DNA from: Macrostomum hystrix
Taxonomy: Eukaryota > Animalia > Platyhelminthes
Assembly (NCBI GenBank): GCA_950097015.1
Contig: CATNEN010000001.1
Location: 24,552,001-24,616,000, forward strand
Direction: 5' to 3'
DNA: 64,000 bases
A model generated the notes under the pieces. It was not told where the DNA came from. It saw nothing but the letters and a program-made list of their open reading frames with translations, and made no database searches. Shown here piece by piece: positions 11,536-24,649 of this stretch (position 1 is the first letter of the stretch; every line of letters begins with the position of its first letter). Position numbers and translations under genes: made by a program.

Positions 11536-14500
11536 TCAGCCAATGGTCACCCAGCCCTGCTTACAGAAGAAGGCCAAAAGTGTCCTGAGGCCTGGATGGC
11601 AGTGCTGCAGCTGCTGCCTTTGCTGGCCAAGGCTGGACTGCTCAGCCAGCAAGTAGAGCTTCATCAGCTGGTAGGAGTCGTGGCTCAGGCGCAGACTGCG
11701 GCAGAACTGGCGCTCTCGTTTGCTCAGCTGCGGCCTTGAGGTGGACGCGGCGATGGAGGCGGACGATGATTTTGACTGCGGCGGCAGCAACAGAGGCGAA
11801 GGCAGGGGCGGTGGCGGTGCCGGGGCATTCTTCTGCTGCTTCAGCAACGGAGGTGGAGTCTGGAAATTCAATGCGCGTTGCACACTACTCGAGGGCTGTT
11901 AGTAGTATAAAACGCATTTGCAGTGCAGAAACGAGACCAGACTCACCGCTGCTCCATTTCTAGTGAGCACAGGCAGGCTGGATTTCACTCCAATGCTGGA
12001 GAATTCTCCGAATGGCGACACTGCTCCAGCTGATGAGGCTAGAGAGTCTGCGCATAACATGGTAGCGAAATTCATTTAAATTAACAATTCAGTGAGCCGT
12101 TATCCCATTTAGGGATCTTCAGTAAGCCGTTATCCCCATTTAGGGATCATCAGCGAGCCGTTATCCCATTTAAGGATCATCAGCGAGCCATTATCCCCAT
12201 TTAGGGATCATCAGCGAGCCGTTATCCCATTTAGGGATCATCAGCGAGCCATTATCCCCATTTAGGGATCATCAGCGAGCCGTTATCCCATTTAGGGATC
12301 TTCAGTAAGCCGTTATCCCCATTTAGGGATCATCAGCGAGCCATTATCCCCATTTAGGGATCATCAGCGAGCCGTTATCCCATTTAGGGATCATCAGCGA
12401 GCCATTATCCCCATTTAGGGATCATCAGCGAGCCGTTATCCCATTTAGGGATCATCAGCGAGCCATTATCCCCAATTAGGGATCATCAGCGAGCCGTTAT
12501 CCCATTTAGGGATCTTCAGTAAGCCGTTATCCCTATTTAGGAATCATCAGCCAGCCATTATATTATTTAGGAAATTCAGCCATCCGTTCAGCTACTCAGC
12601 CGCAGCTCACCTGGCAGTCGCCGGACTCCGAGGTTCCGCAGGCGGGTCAGCTGGGCCAGCTCTGCCCGCAGCCGGTCGGCTCTGGCCATGCAGTCGATGA
12701 GCTGGCGGCAGTCGGGCTGCTTCAGGTAGCGCAGGAACGGCCTCAGCCGGCTGTCGGCCGCCGTGAAGGCGTCGCAGTCGCAAGCGAAGGGCCGGCGCTT
12801 CAGCGGCGACGGCGGCGGCGGAGGCTCGGGCTGTGAAAATGGCGAAACGGCGGCGGCTGCCGAATCGGCTAGAGCTCGACGAAGCCCGGCAGTCAGGAGG
12901 CCGTGACGACGAATGAGGCGCTTGCGCTCGCTGCGCAGCCGAAGCCGCTGCCTGCGGATGGGAAAGCGAAAAGCAATGCGGAATTCGCAGCAGGGCTGTG
13001 GGAACTGGCATGTGGGCACACACGCACAGATACTGTACACAGACACACAGATACCGTACACAGACACACAGATACTGTACACAGGCACACAGATACCGTA
13101 CACGGGCATACAGATACCGTACACAGGCACACAGATAATGTACAGACACACAGATACCGTACACAGACACACAGATACCGTACACAGACACACAGATACC
13201 GTACACAGACACACAGATACTGTACACAGACACACAGATACCGTACACAGACACACAGATATCGTACACAGACACACAGATATCGTACAGAGACACACAG
13301 ATACCGTACAGAGACACACAGATACCGTACAGAGACACACAGATACCGTACAGAGACACACAGATACCGTACAGAGACACACAGATACCGTACAGAGACA
13401 CACAGATACCGTACAGAGACAGGACTCATTCGGGGATTCAGAGAGACAGTCAGAAAGAGTCCAAAATGGATCATTTCGGACTCCAGTCAAATGAGAGCAC
13501 AGATTCTGCCTGACCAACCTGTAAGCATCGATCTGGGCTGCACGCAAGGCGCTGTCCAGCTGATCAGCTTCAAAGCAGGGCCGCAGACGGCACACCAGCT
13601 CCTCGCCAATGTTCCTATCATATTCTTGCTCGAATTCGAAATCTCGCAGCGGTGCCAGGCCGAGTCTTTGACACTCCTCCGCAGTCAGGTCTGTACTGAG
13701 CGACAGCGGAACCAGAGGCGGCGACGATGGTGGCGAATCCACAGTCAGGTCCTGGACGGTGGCGCTGGCAACAGCGGCTGCTGGACCGCCGGAGAAGATG
13801 CGAGACGGTCGAAGCAGGCCCCGGATGTAGTGACGCTCATAGTGACGGCAGCACTGGAGACCAGGGTCTGCTTTGGTGCCTGGGAATGATATAGCGATAT
13901 AAGGATATAAGGATATAAGGATATAGCGATACAAGGACAATGCAGGCAGATAAACAGAGACAGTACAATAAGACAGACAAACACAGACAAAAAAGGACAG
14001 ACAAACAGAGGAGGTACAATAAGACAGAGAGACACAGACACAATGAGACAGACAAACAGAGACAGACACAATGAGACAGACAAACAGAGACAGACACAAT
14101 AAGACAGACAGACACAGACACAATGAGGCAGGCTGAAATAATCCCTGATGTCCATGTGTCTCATTGAACTCACAAGTGCGGTCGGAGAGCACCCGAGCTC
14201 CAATATCAGCCCAGTTGCCATAGCCGAATGCATCGATTGCGTCAAGCAGCCGAACCTCCTCCTCCCAGGTCCAGGCGCCGCCGTCATCCAGGCCATCGGA
14301 GTCGGCCGGCAGCAAAGGCAGGTGGCAAGTGGCCAGTCGGTAGTCGTGACTTCGCTGATGCTTGCCACCTTCAGCGCCCAGAGCGAAGCAGCGCAGGCAG
14401 AGTCGAAGGTCGGGACAGACGGCGCAGACAACATGCATTGGCTGCAATGTGACAGGCGCAAAGGACGAACTGCGGTTCAATCTCTGCAGGCAGTAGCCGC

Positions 14501-14684
14501 AGCGACTGGTATTTCTAGACACAGTGGAAGCAAGGCTAGTAGTTACTAAGCTGCTGGACTGAGCGGATAATGAAGGTCCAGCAGGTGAGACTGTAATGGC
14601 AGGCTTGCTAGGCACCAACAGTGCGACATCTTCATTGTCCTCTTCACCGCAGCTAGCCACATCCATAGTTGCATCAGCTGACAT
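11536..14684 (-). CDS. TADA2B: Transcriptional adaptor 2-beta (Ada2b, SAGA HAT module); exons 14684-14174, 13879-13519, 12951-12611, 12047-11947, 11895-11536
   Basis: ZZ finger (CGYC...CAVCPDLRLCLRCFALGAEGGKHQRSHDY), SANT (WTWEEEVRLLDAIDAFGYGNWADIG), Ada box (GLAPLRDFEFEQEYD), C-terminal SWIRM-like (LSKRERQFCRSLRL...LAFFCKQGWV). GT-AG introns with consistent phases. Confidence 0.9.
12090..12560. repeat. 30/31-bp minisatellite in TADA2B intron 3
   Basis: Tandem AGCCGTTATCCCATTTAGGGATCATCAGCG units. Confidence 0.92.
13018..13420. repeat. 21-bp minisatellite (ACACAGACACACAGATACCGT) in TADA2B intron 2
   Basis: Tandem copies; near-identical unit recurs at 58508-58750. Confidence 0.93.
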
Positions 14685-17189
14685 TCACTGGACTAGACTT
14701 GAGGACTTGGCTGTGAACTACTGCAAGTAGGCAGTTTAGGAAACTTAATGTTAAAATCCACAAAGTACACTTGCTAGAATTTACAGAATAAAAATTACAA
14801 AAATATATGTGGCTAATAAATGCATAAATTTATGTATATCTGTTACAATTTATGTTTAAATAAATAAACATTAATGTGTACATATAGATAGGCCTACCTT
14901 AAATAAATGCTGTTTATTGAGCTAAGTTAAAAAAGCTTTTGCTTTCAACTTAGCTTGTAATAAAGTGCAAGTAGAAATAAATGACATTTTATATAAACGC
15001 TTTAGAATGATCCAATATATAATTATGAGATTAAGTGGAATGTTATGAAGATTCTAAAAACTCAAGGCTTTTAAAACTCAAGTTTTACCAAAGCATTAAT
15101 ACTGCTAATTCGAAATCAGAATTAATTAACTTTATTTAACAACATTTAATAACATTAGTTTGTATTTTAAATTTTAGTGTGCTAATAAACATGTAGCAAA
15201 ATTGGTTTTATGGGTGTTGAGTTCAAATAAATCATCAGATGTTTTAGGTAAGGCCTAGCAAAAAATTTATGTAGAAAAATTTGCCACTACTAGGTCAATA
15301 TAGACCTAATCTATGATTCACTTGGCTTTTTTCCTAAATTGAAACTATAGAAATACATTGTTTCATTCTATGTTTCATACAAATACATACTTTATATAGA
15401 AGTATGAGTTAATAAGTTAGTTAGCTATTTAAAGCAATGACCAAAATGTTTAAAACTGTTTAAGAGGCAGGTGCATCAGCTTAAACTTCAAGTATTTTTA
15501 TGCTCAAAGTTAAACAAGTTTGGAAATTTTACTTTTGCTATAATATGACAATTGCTCTCCTACCCGAGACGTAGGTAAATGGTTGTTTTGGCCATAGATG
15601 TTTTGGCCTCAAACTGTTTTGGCCACAAACCAGTTTGGCCCCATACTTATTTAAACTCAACATTCTTACGGCCAATTTCTAATTTATTTAAGAATTGTTA
15701 ATTTTATTTGATAGTGACAATGGAAAGCATGAACTTGACTTTTACAATGACAAAGAATTTTAAATACATGCTGGAAGTGTTTGCCCAGTATAAAGGTAAT
15801 AAAAAAAGAGGACTTGGTACACAAAGAATGTTAAAAACATGAATATTCTGCATTAATGAAAATAGGGCCTAGTTCTGTACTGGGCCAATGAGTGCATTTC
15901 ATTTGCCATTACGTGTATTGCCAATGAGTTTGGCTGCAGAGTCCAAGGAAGGCATTTACTGCTGTGGAATTGGCTATTGATTCAGTAGCATAATGTATGA
16001 GCTCGTAGCATTATTATGCTCATTCGACTTTTGGCCAAAGCAGCTATGGCAGAAACTATGTATGGTCGAAATGACTGGAATTCTAGACATAATATACCTG
16101 GAATTATAGGCCTACATTAGCTTTCTCCCCCTACTTTAAGGACCTTAAGGACTTTAAGGACCTTATTTCTCCTAGTCCTAGGTCTCTTTGTTGATCTGTT
16201 ACCTATCTATCCTATAATCTGTACCATTAATAAAACCAGATTTTTTTGACACACAATGGGACAATGCATCAATGGCAGAAGTTAAGAGTCTAAGATAAGA
16301 AACTGAATTATAAATGGATTCCGTACATTTAGGTACTATGGAATTATGCCTACCAGTCAGTGCTTTTCCGTATAGCTCCTGGGGTAGGGAGTGTAGTTTG
16401 ATATTGTGGTGAACATAGCAATGTCATTTGGCATTGCCCAAATTAGGAATAGGACCTAGGACATTAGATCGATAATTTTTTTGGCACAGACAGGAAGCAT
16501 AGTTTGGCCTGTTTTGCCAATTACGAAATGTGGATTTATTGTATATGTGCTTACAATATTATATTACGAGTATAACACACAATATTAAAACACACTTGTA
16601 CTTATAACATACATTCAGACAAGATATTCTTGTAGTGGTCCTTTACCTTGAATAACCTTCTGCAAACGTTTGCAGCCAAGGTTCTCAGAAAACAAAATTT
16701 CAAGTTTATTTACAAGAAATCACGATGAGATATGAGTATAACACGGATAACAAATAGCACTGGCCACCTCGGAGCCAGAGAAATTTTTTATGCTCTGTTA
16801 AAGTAAAAAATAGTTATATGCGGGCAGAAATTCAAATCTGTAATACTGTAGTGCCTCGTGGTCGCCGGTCTGTTCGTGGCCGCTGGACTGCCGTACTATT
16901 AAGTGTACGACGAGTAATCGTTAAACCGGTCGTTAGGACGCTCTGCTTCGGCCTGGCACTAGGTGGCCTTAGGATGCTCCCGCAGTACTCCTAAGGCATT
17001 ACGAACACTAGACATTTTTAACGAAGATGACTAGAGCTTTTTTCGTCCTTCGGGCCTACCGAAGTGACGGCATGCTTGTGCTGTCATGTCGCTGTACGCT
17101 GTCGCTGGCCATTTTTACTCGTGCTGCCACCAAGGACGACTGAGGATCGTTATAGTTTATAGTCAATATCGTTCATAGGACTTAAGTAG

Positions 17190-17975
17190 TCCTTGCTTGG
17201 CTGCTACTCGTCGGGGTGCTCTGGACTGGACACTCCCCTCAGCAGATGATCACTCAGCAGGTGCCTGAGCGTGTAGGCGTACGCCGATGACCTTTCCTTC
17301 CTGTTCTCAATCTCATCTGTTCAAGCTGCCCAGCGCCAGATTGACAGGCTAGTCGAGGTGGCCTCAAGCGTTGCCCTAGTCATCAAAACACTGAAGTCTG
17401 GGTGCTCACCATGCCATACGAGATCTCAGAGGAGCTGACCTGCCCCGGCGCAGACGGGCAGTCCTACGAGGCATTGGCAACTCACCCGCTGCCAGCGGTT
17501 CACTTATGCCTCGACGGCCTGATGCCCCAGTGGCCCACATGGAGGAGGACGTTCGGCGGCGCAGAGGACTGGCATAGACGGCTGTCCACCAATCTAAAGC
17601 TCTTTCCGACTGCCAGAGGGCTCGGCTGTGACATGCGGTGGTGGTCGAGGTCGTCCTGCTCTACAATGCTCAGACCTGAAAGCTGACAGCTACGCTCTAC
17701 AGGCAGTTGTACTTGGCGCACTCGGGGCTGCTACATACTCGTGACTGGCCTTCCAAGCAGAGGAGAACATTGGCCCGAGGCCCTGTATGAGAGGGCCCAG
17801 CTGAAAATGATAAGAAGCCATCGGCGGCAACGTTGTGCCCGCCTGCCATTTCTGTGACGAGGGCAAGGAGACACGGCCAGCCACCTGCTTCTGGAGCCCA
17901 AGCTCGGAGCCCGCGGCGGTCAACACGCCATCGGCTCACCGAATTTCTAAGTTGGGTGAGAGAGGGTTGAGACGA
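17190..17975 (+). mobile_element. 5'-truncated, decayed non-LTR retrotransposon (RT and C-terminal part, RTE-like)
   Basis: AYADDLSFL...AQRQIDRLVEVASSVALVI with YADD at 17280-17291; stops and frameshifts downstream. Confidence 0.75.
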
Positions 17976-18496
17976 GACATATATATCTGGCAACGCAGAT
18001 AAAAATTTGTCTAAAATCAGGGTTGGTAATCATGTATGAAATTATTCATCCAACATGCAACAGATTTTAGTTAACATTTTCCATTTAACGCATCTGAGTC
18101 CTCAGAGAGTTCACAATGACCCCGCAAATTTATTCTTGAGTCTGCAAACGCAGAGAGCTCAAACAAAACTCGCAGGCCTGGCAGACCCTACTCATAGCTC
18201 TTTGAGACCCGATGAGCAAATCTCTTTGTTCCGTATGCTCTCTATCTCTGTTTCGTTCTTTAGGAGGGAGAGAGAGGAGAGAGAGATCGGTCGCACAGTG
18301 GACAATCACCCCACCTTTAACCTCGGTCTGAATCACGCGCGGACCCGCTGAGCGTTGTTAATATTCTGCGAGCTGCGAGCGCGCGAGGTTCGGCAGAAAA
18401 GCGCACTGCTTCTATTAATTATCACGTTATTTTAAGTGCTCAGAAAAAAACGGATTCAGCAAGACTATCCTGCAGAAGGCGAATACACCTGCATTC

Positions 18497-21060
18497 ATGG
18501 AGCTGATGTACCGAAGTCTCAAAGACTGGCACGACAGGGCCATGTCTAAAGGTGACCCCAAAGTCGAGGGATGGCTCCTCATGAGTTCTCCGGTGCCATC
18601 AACCCTGCTGTCAATTCTCTACGTCCTGCTGGTGCTGCTCAGTATGCGGTTGATGAAGAATCGAACTCCGTACGACCTTCGGCGACTCATGGTTGTGTAC
18701 AACCTGTCCATGGTGGTGTTCTCAGCGTGGCTGGTGTACGAGTTTTGCGTGTCGGGCTGGTTGACCGGCTACAGTCTGGGCTGTCAGCCCGTTGACTTCA
18801 GCAGATCTCCCAAGGCCATCCGCATGGCCAAGACCTGCTGGTGGTTCTACTTCAGCAAGTTCATCGAGATGTTGGACACGTTCTTTTTTGTTCTGCGCGG
18901 TCGGTTCGAACTCGTGACCTTCCTGCATGTATTTCACCACGCTGTTGTGCCACCATCGGCTTGGTGGGGCGTTAAGTTCGTGCCAGGTGAGATTTGACTC
19001 ACCTAATAATGATATAAGTTTGATGTGAAATACAACAGGGTCTTTGGCTCTGACACTTTTATCGTCCACTCTTCTGCTCACAGTCTATTTTTAGCAACTC
19101 GTTGAACTCTTGCCGTATACAAAAATATACAATCAGTGCCGTTCGAGCATAACTTACTCGCTTTTGAGCGATTTTGGCATTTCGAGCTGGGAAAAAACAC
19201 ACCCTGACGCTTTCTGTGTCATTAGACACTTAAAAGTTCGAAAACTCTTCATTTTATTTCAGGAGGTTTCAGCACATTCGCAACCATGCTGAACTCTCTA
19301 GTTCATGTGGTCATGTACCTGTACTACGGCCTGGCAGCCATGGGACCCCGGCTGCAGCCCTACCTGTGGTGGAAGCGCTACCTGACCAAATTCCAGATGG
19401 TACAGTTTGTTGCCATTGTGGTTCACGGCATGCAGTTGTACTTCATAGACTGCGACTATCCGATTCAGTTTGCCAACGCAATCATGGCCCTGGCCTGTAT
19501 CTTCTTCGTGCTATTCGCCAATTTCTACATTCAGGTGAGTGGGCGTTATTTAACAGTAGAACTACCAAGGGGGCGGGGGAATTCCCCTCCTGACATTTTT
19601 TGCTGCACCCGAACGGAACAATGCAAGCACACGAAACTCAAGAACACGGGCCAACTTTTTGTTGCGCATCTTCTGAAACAAGAAACAAGTCGCCAGCTCT
19701 TCAGACCGTCGAGATATTTAATGTTTCTGGCCGAAGGTCCGATTTTTCCCATAAGAGCTAGTGTATTTTATACACCCCTATACACGAATTTGCACTGCGC
19801 CTCAGTGCCGCATTGCCAGGCCTTCAAACTTTATCAGCATGTCACCCGAACGTGCCTGCATCATCTCCATCTTCGGTGGTCACCTACCTTTATCTAGACG
19901 GACTGCTGGACCTTCAAGGGCTACTACAGGTGGAACTAGGCCTCTATGGAAACCCTGAGGCGAATTTATCTAATTTCACTGATCAAGCCTAAATATTAGG
20001 CGCAGCTCAGCCACAGTACACCATCGCCTAGTCTGTCAACCAATCAGTCACCACCCAACGCTGTTAGCATTCAGGCGCTGCCAAAAAAATTGTCAGGTTT
20101 ATACACAGCAATCTTAGTTGTTCTTGTCGCCAGGGTCTTCGACAAGAATCGTTCAATATCTCGACGATGCTGACTCTGACGGCTTTGAAATTTGTTCATC
20201 GTAAAGGGTGGAAATTTTTTATCCATATGGTGGACTTTCATGAAAATCAGCCACTCGATTTGAGAGCTATCGTGAATTAGGTATTTGAAATACCCCTTTG
20301 GTATTTCCCCAGGGGAGAAATGGCTTGGTCTTTCTACTTTTAACGACTAGCCAATCGGCATGCGGGAAGGGGTTAGAACTTTGGTCAATCACTAGAACAA
20401 GAGTGAGCAAAAAATCACTAGTATATCTGATTGGTCCAGGAACCACGCACAGCTCCAAGAAACGAGAGAAATAACCCAAGGGCCTTAGCCAATCAACTCA
20501 CACTTAGCTAGCCAATCAGCTCATACTTAGCTAGCCAATCAGCTCATGCTTAGCCGATCAGATCACACTTAGCTAGCCAATCAGCTCATGCTTAGCCAAT
20601 TAGCTCACACTTAGCTAGCCAATCAGCTTATGCTTAGCCAATCAGATCACACTTAGCTAGCCAATCAGCTCATGCTTAGCCAATCAGCTCATACTTAGCC
20701 AGCCAATCAGCTCATACTTAGCCAGCCAATCAGCTCATACTTAGCTAGCCAATCAGCTCTTACTTAGCTAGCCAATCAGCTCATGCTTAGCCAATCAGCT
20801 CATACTTTGCTAGCCAATCAGCTCATACTTAGCTAGCCAATCAGCTCATACTTAGCTAGCCAATCAGCTCATGCCTAGCCAATCAAGCCCTCACTACCCC
20901 AACCGCATCGCAGGCTTATCTGAGGCGCTCAACTTCTTGCCGCCGGGCCACGAAGTCGTCAGACCAGCCAGCTGTGACCTTGATTGCCAATGGAATCAGC
21001 AATGGAAATGGAAAGCTTGCCGTGCATAGCACTGAGAAGTCGGATAAAAAGGAGGAATAA
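18497..21060 (+). CDS. ELOVL: Elongation of very long chain fatty acids protein (ELOVL1/7-like); exons 18497-18986, 19263-19534, 20914-21060
   Basis: KFIEMLDT, LHVFHH histidine box, NSLVHVVMYLYY, TKFQMVQF motifs. Last exon ends in the ER-retrieval signal KKEE*. Splice phases consistent. Confidence 0.93.
20095..20340 (-). mobile_element. MITE-like dispersed repeat, partial copy 1 (ELOVL intron 2)
   Basis: Reverse complement matches 48830-48975 (GAGTCAGCATCGTCGAGATATT...ACAACTAA..TTGCT). Confidence 0.65.
20487..20885. repeat. 19/23-bp minisatellite (TTAGCTAGCCAATCAGCTCATAC) in ELOVL intron 2
   Basis: Tandem units, each containing CCAAT. Confidence 0.92.
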
Positions 21061-21989
21061 GTCTTTGTTCCACTGATGCTTAGAAATATTCAAGCTTAAA
21101 TTTACAGTACATGTCTAGCACTTTAATTATTCTCATAAACTGCAAGGAAAATACAAAGTAATGTAGTCAACAATTTATAAACCTGGTTCCACTCAGCTTG
21201 CTACCCTTCTGTTGTGGAACATGTCTAAAATGTAGATTCAAAATAATTGCTTACTTTTTCATTACAAAAAAAATGAGGTGACCCCTCCTCAGGATTCGAA
21301 CTCAGGCACTCAGGCTCCGAATGTAAATGTAAATGTAATTAGATTAATAAGAAGTCAACAACAGCTCTTATCTTCGCTACTTACCAATCAATGTCAACTT
21401 ACACAAAATGCTATAATTCTGTCTATTCGAGCGGTCAAACAAAGTACTTAGTTGCTCACCTATGCAGCTTCTACTACTATATGTTTCAGTCAGTAGTAAT
21501 GAGCGCTTCAATGCTTGAATTCAGAGAGTTTATTGAAAGGCGCTTTGCATGAGCCTAGGCCAAGAGATCAGATTTCTGTCTACTGTTACTTCTATTATAA
21601 AAAGGAAGCCTTTTTGACAAAAATTTTAATGGATTTTCAAACCGACCATGGAAAATACTGCTTTGTTTTTTCCTTTTAAGAAGCAAAAGAAGTCTGTATT
21701 GCAAAGCCTTGGCAAACAGTGGAGCAGGCACGGCAGCAAACTTACTTTGATGGAAGGCTTCAGTTTAGCATTCCCTTGAGTCAGCTCAGACACCATAGTC
21801 TCGCCTCAACCCACCAACAAACCTATCATAGTGCCGTGCATATAGCTCGTACCAGGCTTAACCGATTTCGCTTAACTTTGAACCCCAATTACAATTGTTG
21901 TGATTACTCTCAAGAGCAGAGGGTGGTTTGACCCGACCACCTGACACGCCCGGTTCCCGACCTTCAACTAGCCCACGACTAAGGCCTAT

Positions 21990-22262
21990 GCGAGAGTTCA
22001 CCAGTCCGGGACGGCGAGACTTCAGTCAGGGACGGCGAGAGTTCAGTCAGGGACGGCGAGAGTTCACCTGAGTCCGGGACGGCGAGAGTTCAGTCAGGGA
22101 CGGCGAGAGTTCACCTGAGTCCGGGACGGCGAGAGTTCAGTCCGGGGCGGCGAGAGTTCACCTGAGTCCGGGACGGTGAGAGTTCACCAGTCCGGCAAGG
22201 CGAGAGTCCAGTCCGGCAAGGCGAGAGTCCAGTCCGGGAAGGCGAGAATTCACCAGTCCGGG
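21990..22262. repeat. 20-27-bp tandem repeat (GGGACGGCGAGAGTTCA...)
   Basis: ~12 related units. Confidence 0.85.
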
Positions 22263-22816
22263 GACCCCGGTGTGACGCCTAAATGAGGAAGAAACATGGT
22301 CTTATCTTTCCGAGGGTACACAGGCTCAGGGCGTGCAGAACGAACAGCGCTCGATTATTAATATTTCACTGGAGTTGAGAACAGAACAAGCCGGGCGCAA
22401 TAGACATACATATGAATACGCCGGGAGGGAGGGAGAATTACGCAGTTGCCACAAACAGAGGGCAGGTCAGAGCCCCTCGGTCTTACCCGGCTCTCGGCCA
22501 ATCACAGCGCGGTGAGAGTCAGGAAAAACCCTGGCTGACCCAGGCTCGGCCTAATCCATTGGGCCAGCCAATCGCGGCCGGCACGCGACTTAAGTTAGAA
22601 AAGACACGAATATAACTTTAAGCTGAAATATATATAATTAGTTAATAGTTTTTCGTGCCTTTAATGGAAAGTCCTTTCTTCTAGTAAAAATAAACGTACA
22701 TTATATTTAGGAACGTTTGCAGTTTTAGAGCACTTTAAGCGAAATAGAATCTTAGAAAAGTGACGAAGAGTGTTCTAGTCAGCGTTCAGCGTCCTTGCCC
22801 CAAAAAGTGCACAGGG

Positions 22817-23788
22817 TTATTCAAGAACGAAGTAGTCTCCAACAGTGCCGTTCAGACTGGCAGGCGGGATCTGGGAGCTCAGCAGGTGGCACAGCAGCTC
22901 CTGGCGGGAGAAGATCAATGCCTGGCAGTCAGCACTGGCCTGGCACCGGATCAGGCAGTCTGTCTCCGATCTGACGTAGCTGGTCTGGAATGTCGGCTGC
23001 GAATCCGCGGAGGCCGGGCTCGGTCTCTTCTTCAGGGTGAATTCGTAATGGTCTGAAATTCAGGTCCAATGTTGCTGCTAGTGCTGAAGATAAATTCATG
23101 ATTAAGGAGGGTCAGTGGCAGAGCTGCAGTTAACGCGTTTGCCTCTCGCACTGAGGTCCCTGAGCTCGATTCAGCGGCGAGGCCACACTCATTTGGGGCG
23201 CAGCCGCAGAGAGAAGACTTTGGGGCTGGTCGTGAAATTTTCGCTTTTGAGAGCCAACTTTTAAGGCACAGTGAGAGTGTACACTGCCTGACGATGAGAA
23301 AGTCAGGACAGATATACATCGCTGTGTGAGTGCGTGCCTGAGTACAGAATCTATGTGCGTGTATGCTCAGGCTCAGGAGCTCACTGATTAACTCTAGGCA
23401 TTACATGTAGGTGACACAGAGGTGACTCACAGTCGTATCTCAGAGCGAAAACTGAGTTTCGCCATCCGCCACCGCAAATCTGAGCCGGATTTCCCGCGCA
23501 TTTATAACGACAGTCGCCCTCGCTGGCTGCCCCATACGACCCGTAGGAATTTCCGCAGAAGCACTGACTCATCGCCTGCAAAGCGAAGTATGCAAACCTG
23601 GCTCGCCAGCAGAACCGGCTGCACTTCTGTAGCGACATGCCGTTCGTACTGGAAAACGCCCCATTGAGATCTCTTTTGCTGCTGTCAACGAAGCAGCCGA
23701 CATACGAGAATCGTGCCCGACCGGCTGTCACCGCAAGGACGGCCCAGCAACCGATGAAGCCAGTGCTGAAAATTAGCGAAAGCCTCAT
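22817..23788 (-). CDS. Secreted WSC-domain + PAN/apple-like protein; exons 23788-23431, 23052-22817
   Basis: Signal peptide; WSC (YVGCFVD...CSRFC...YFALQ...CFCGN...C..C.GN..Q.CGG.WRNSVF); phase-1 GT-AG intron to an exon encoding SETDCLIRCQASADCQALIFSRQELLCHLL (PAN-type C-x3-C-x5-C...C). Confidence 0.82.
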
Positions 23789-24649
23789 ATTGTTGCGTCC
23801 TCGGCAACGAGTGGAATTTCTGAGCTTCTACTTTATACCTGGGTTCCACGAACTGAAGCAACGCTGGCGGCTCACAATGATTGGCTGACAGCTGTCTGTG
23901 AGCTACTCATGCATGAGCTCTTTAGTTAAGACTCATCATCACAGTGCGATAGTTGCGCTAACGAGCCAATATTAACTTGTTATTAATCATCCTGAGCATT
24001 CAGGTTCCACTTATTAACACATTGTGTCGTGTTCGATAGTCGATTAATAATTAATATTCGATAGCAATTATGCAATCAAAAGCTTATATACAAAGCTTAC
24101 TACTTTCGATAGTCGCTAAGGTTTATTAATCTAGTTTATAGCCACCTAAAGAACCTAGAATATTAAACTGGAGTAAAGGGCTATGATTGTAACATAATTA
24201 GTAACTCTTTTGCAGTGGGCTGTGGTAGTGACTCATTGTTTTGACGTCAGTTTAACGCAGCCAACAAGCATGCAATCCTGCCTTTGCAACTGACTCATGA
24301 GTGCAAACAAGCACACGGATATGTACGCACGCACAGTCACGCAGGTGAGTTTGCTCACCTGTGCTCAGAAATTTTCATTGTCAGGCACTGTACACTCTCA
24401 GTGTGCTTTGGGTGTTTTGCCCTCATAGGTGTAAATTGAACTTTAAGCCTACTCTTGGCGGCTGCGAACCGAACGAATGAAAATGTGGCAATCTGCTATC
24501 AGATTAAACAGGTAAATAAAATGTTGCGGATGACAAAATATGATAAGAAAGCACGTAAAATGTCATAACGAGTACACCATGCCTTTTTGTCGGAATAGCT
24601 AAATGTATGCGCCTGTTAATATCCATCAATAACTTATATTCGTAATTTC

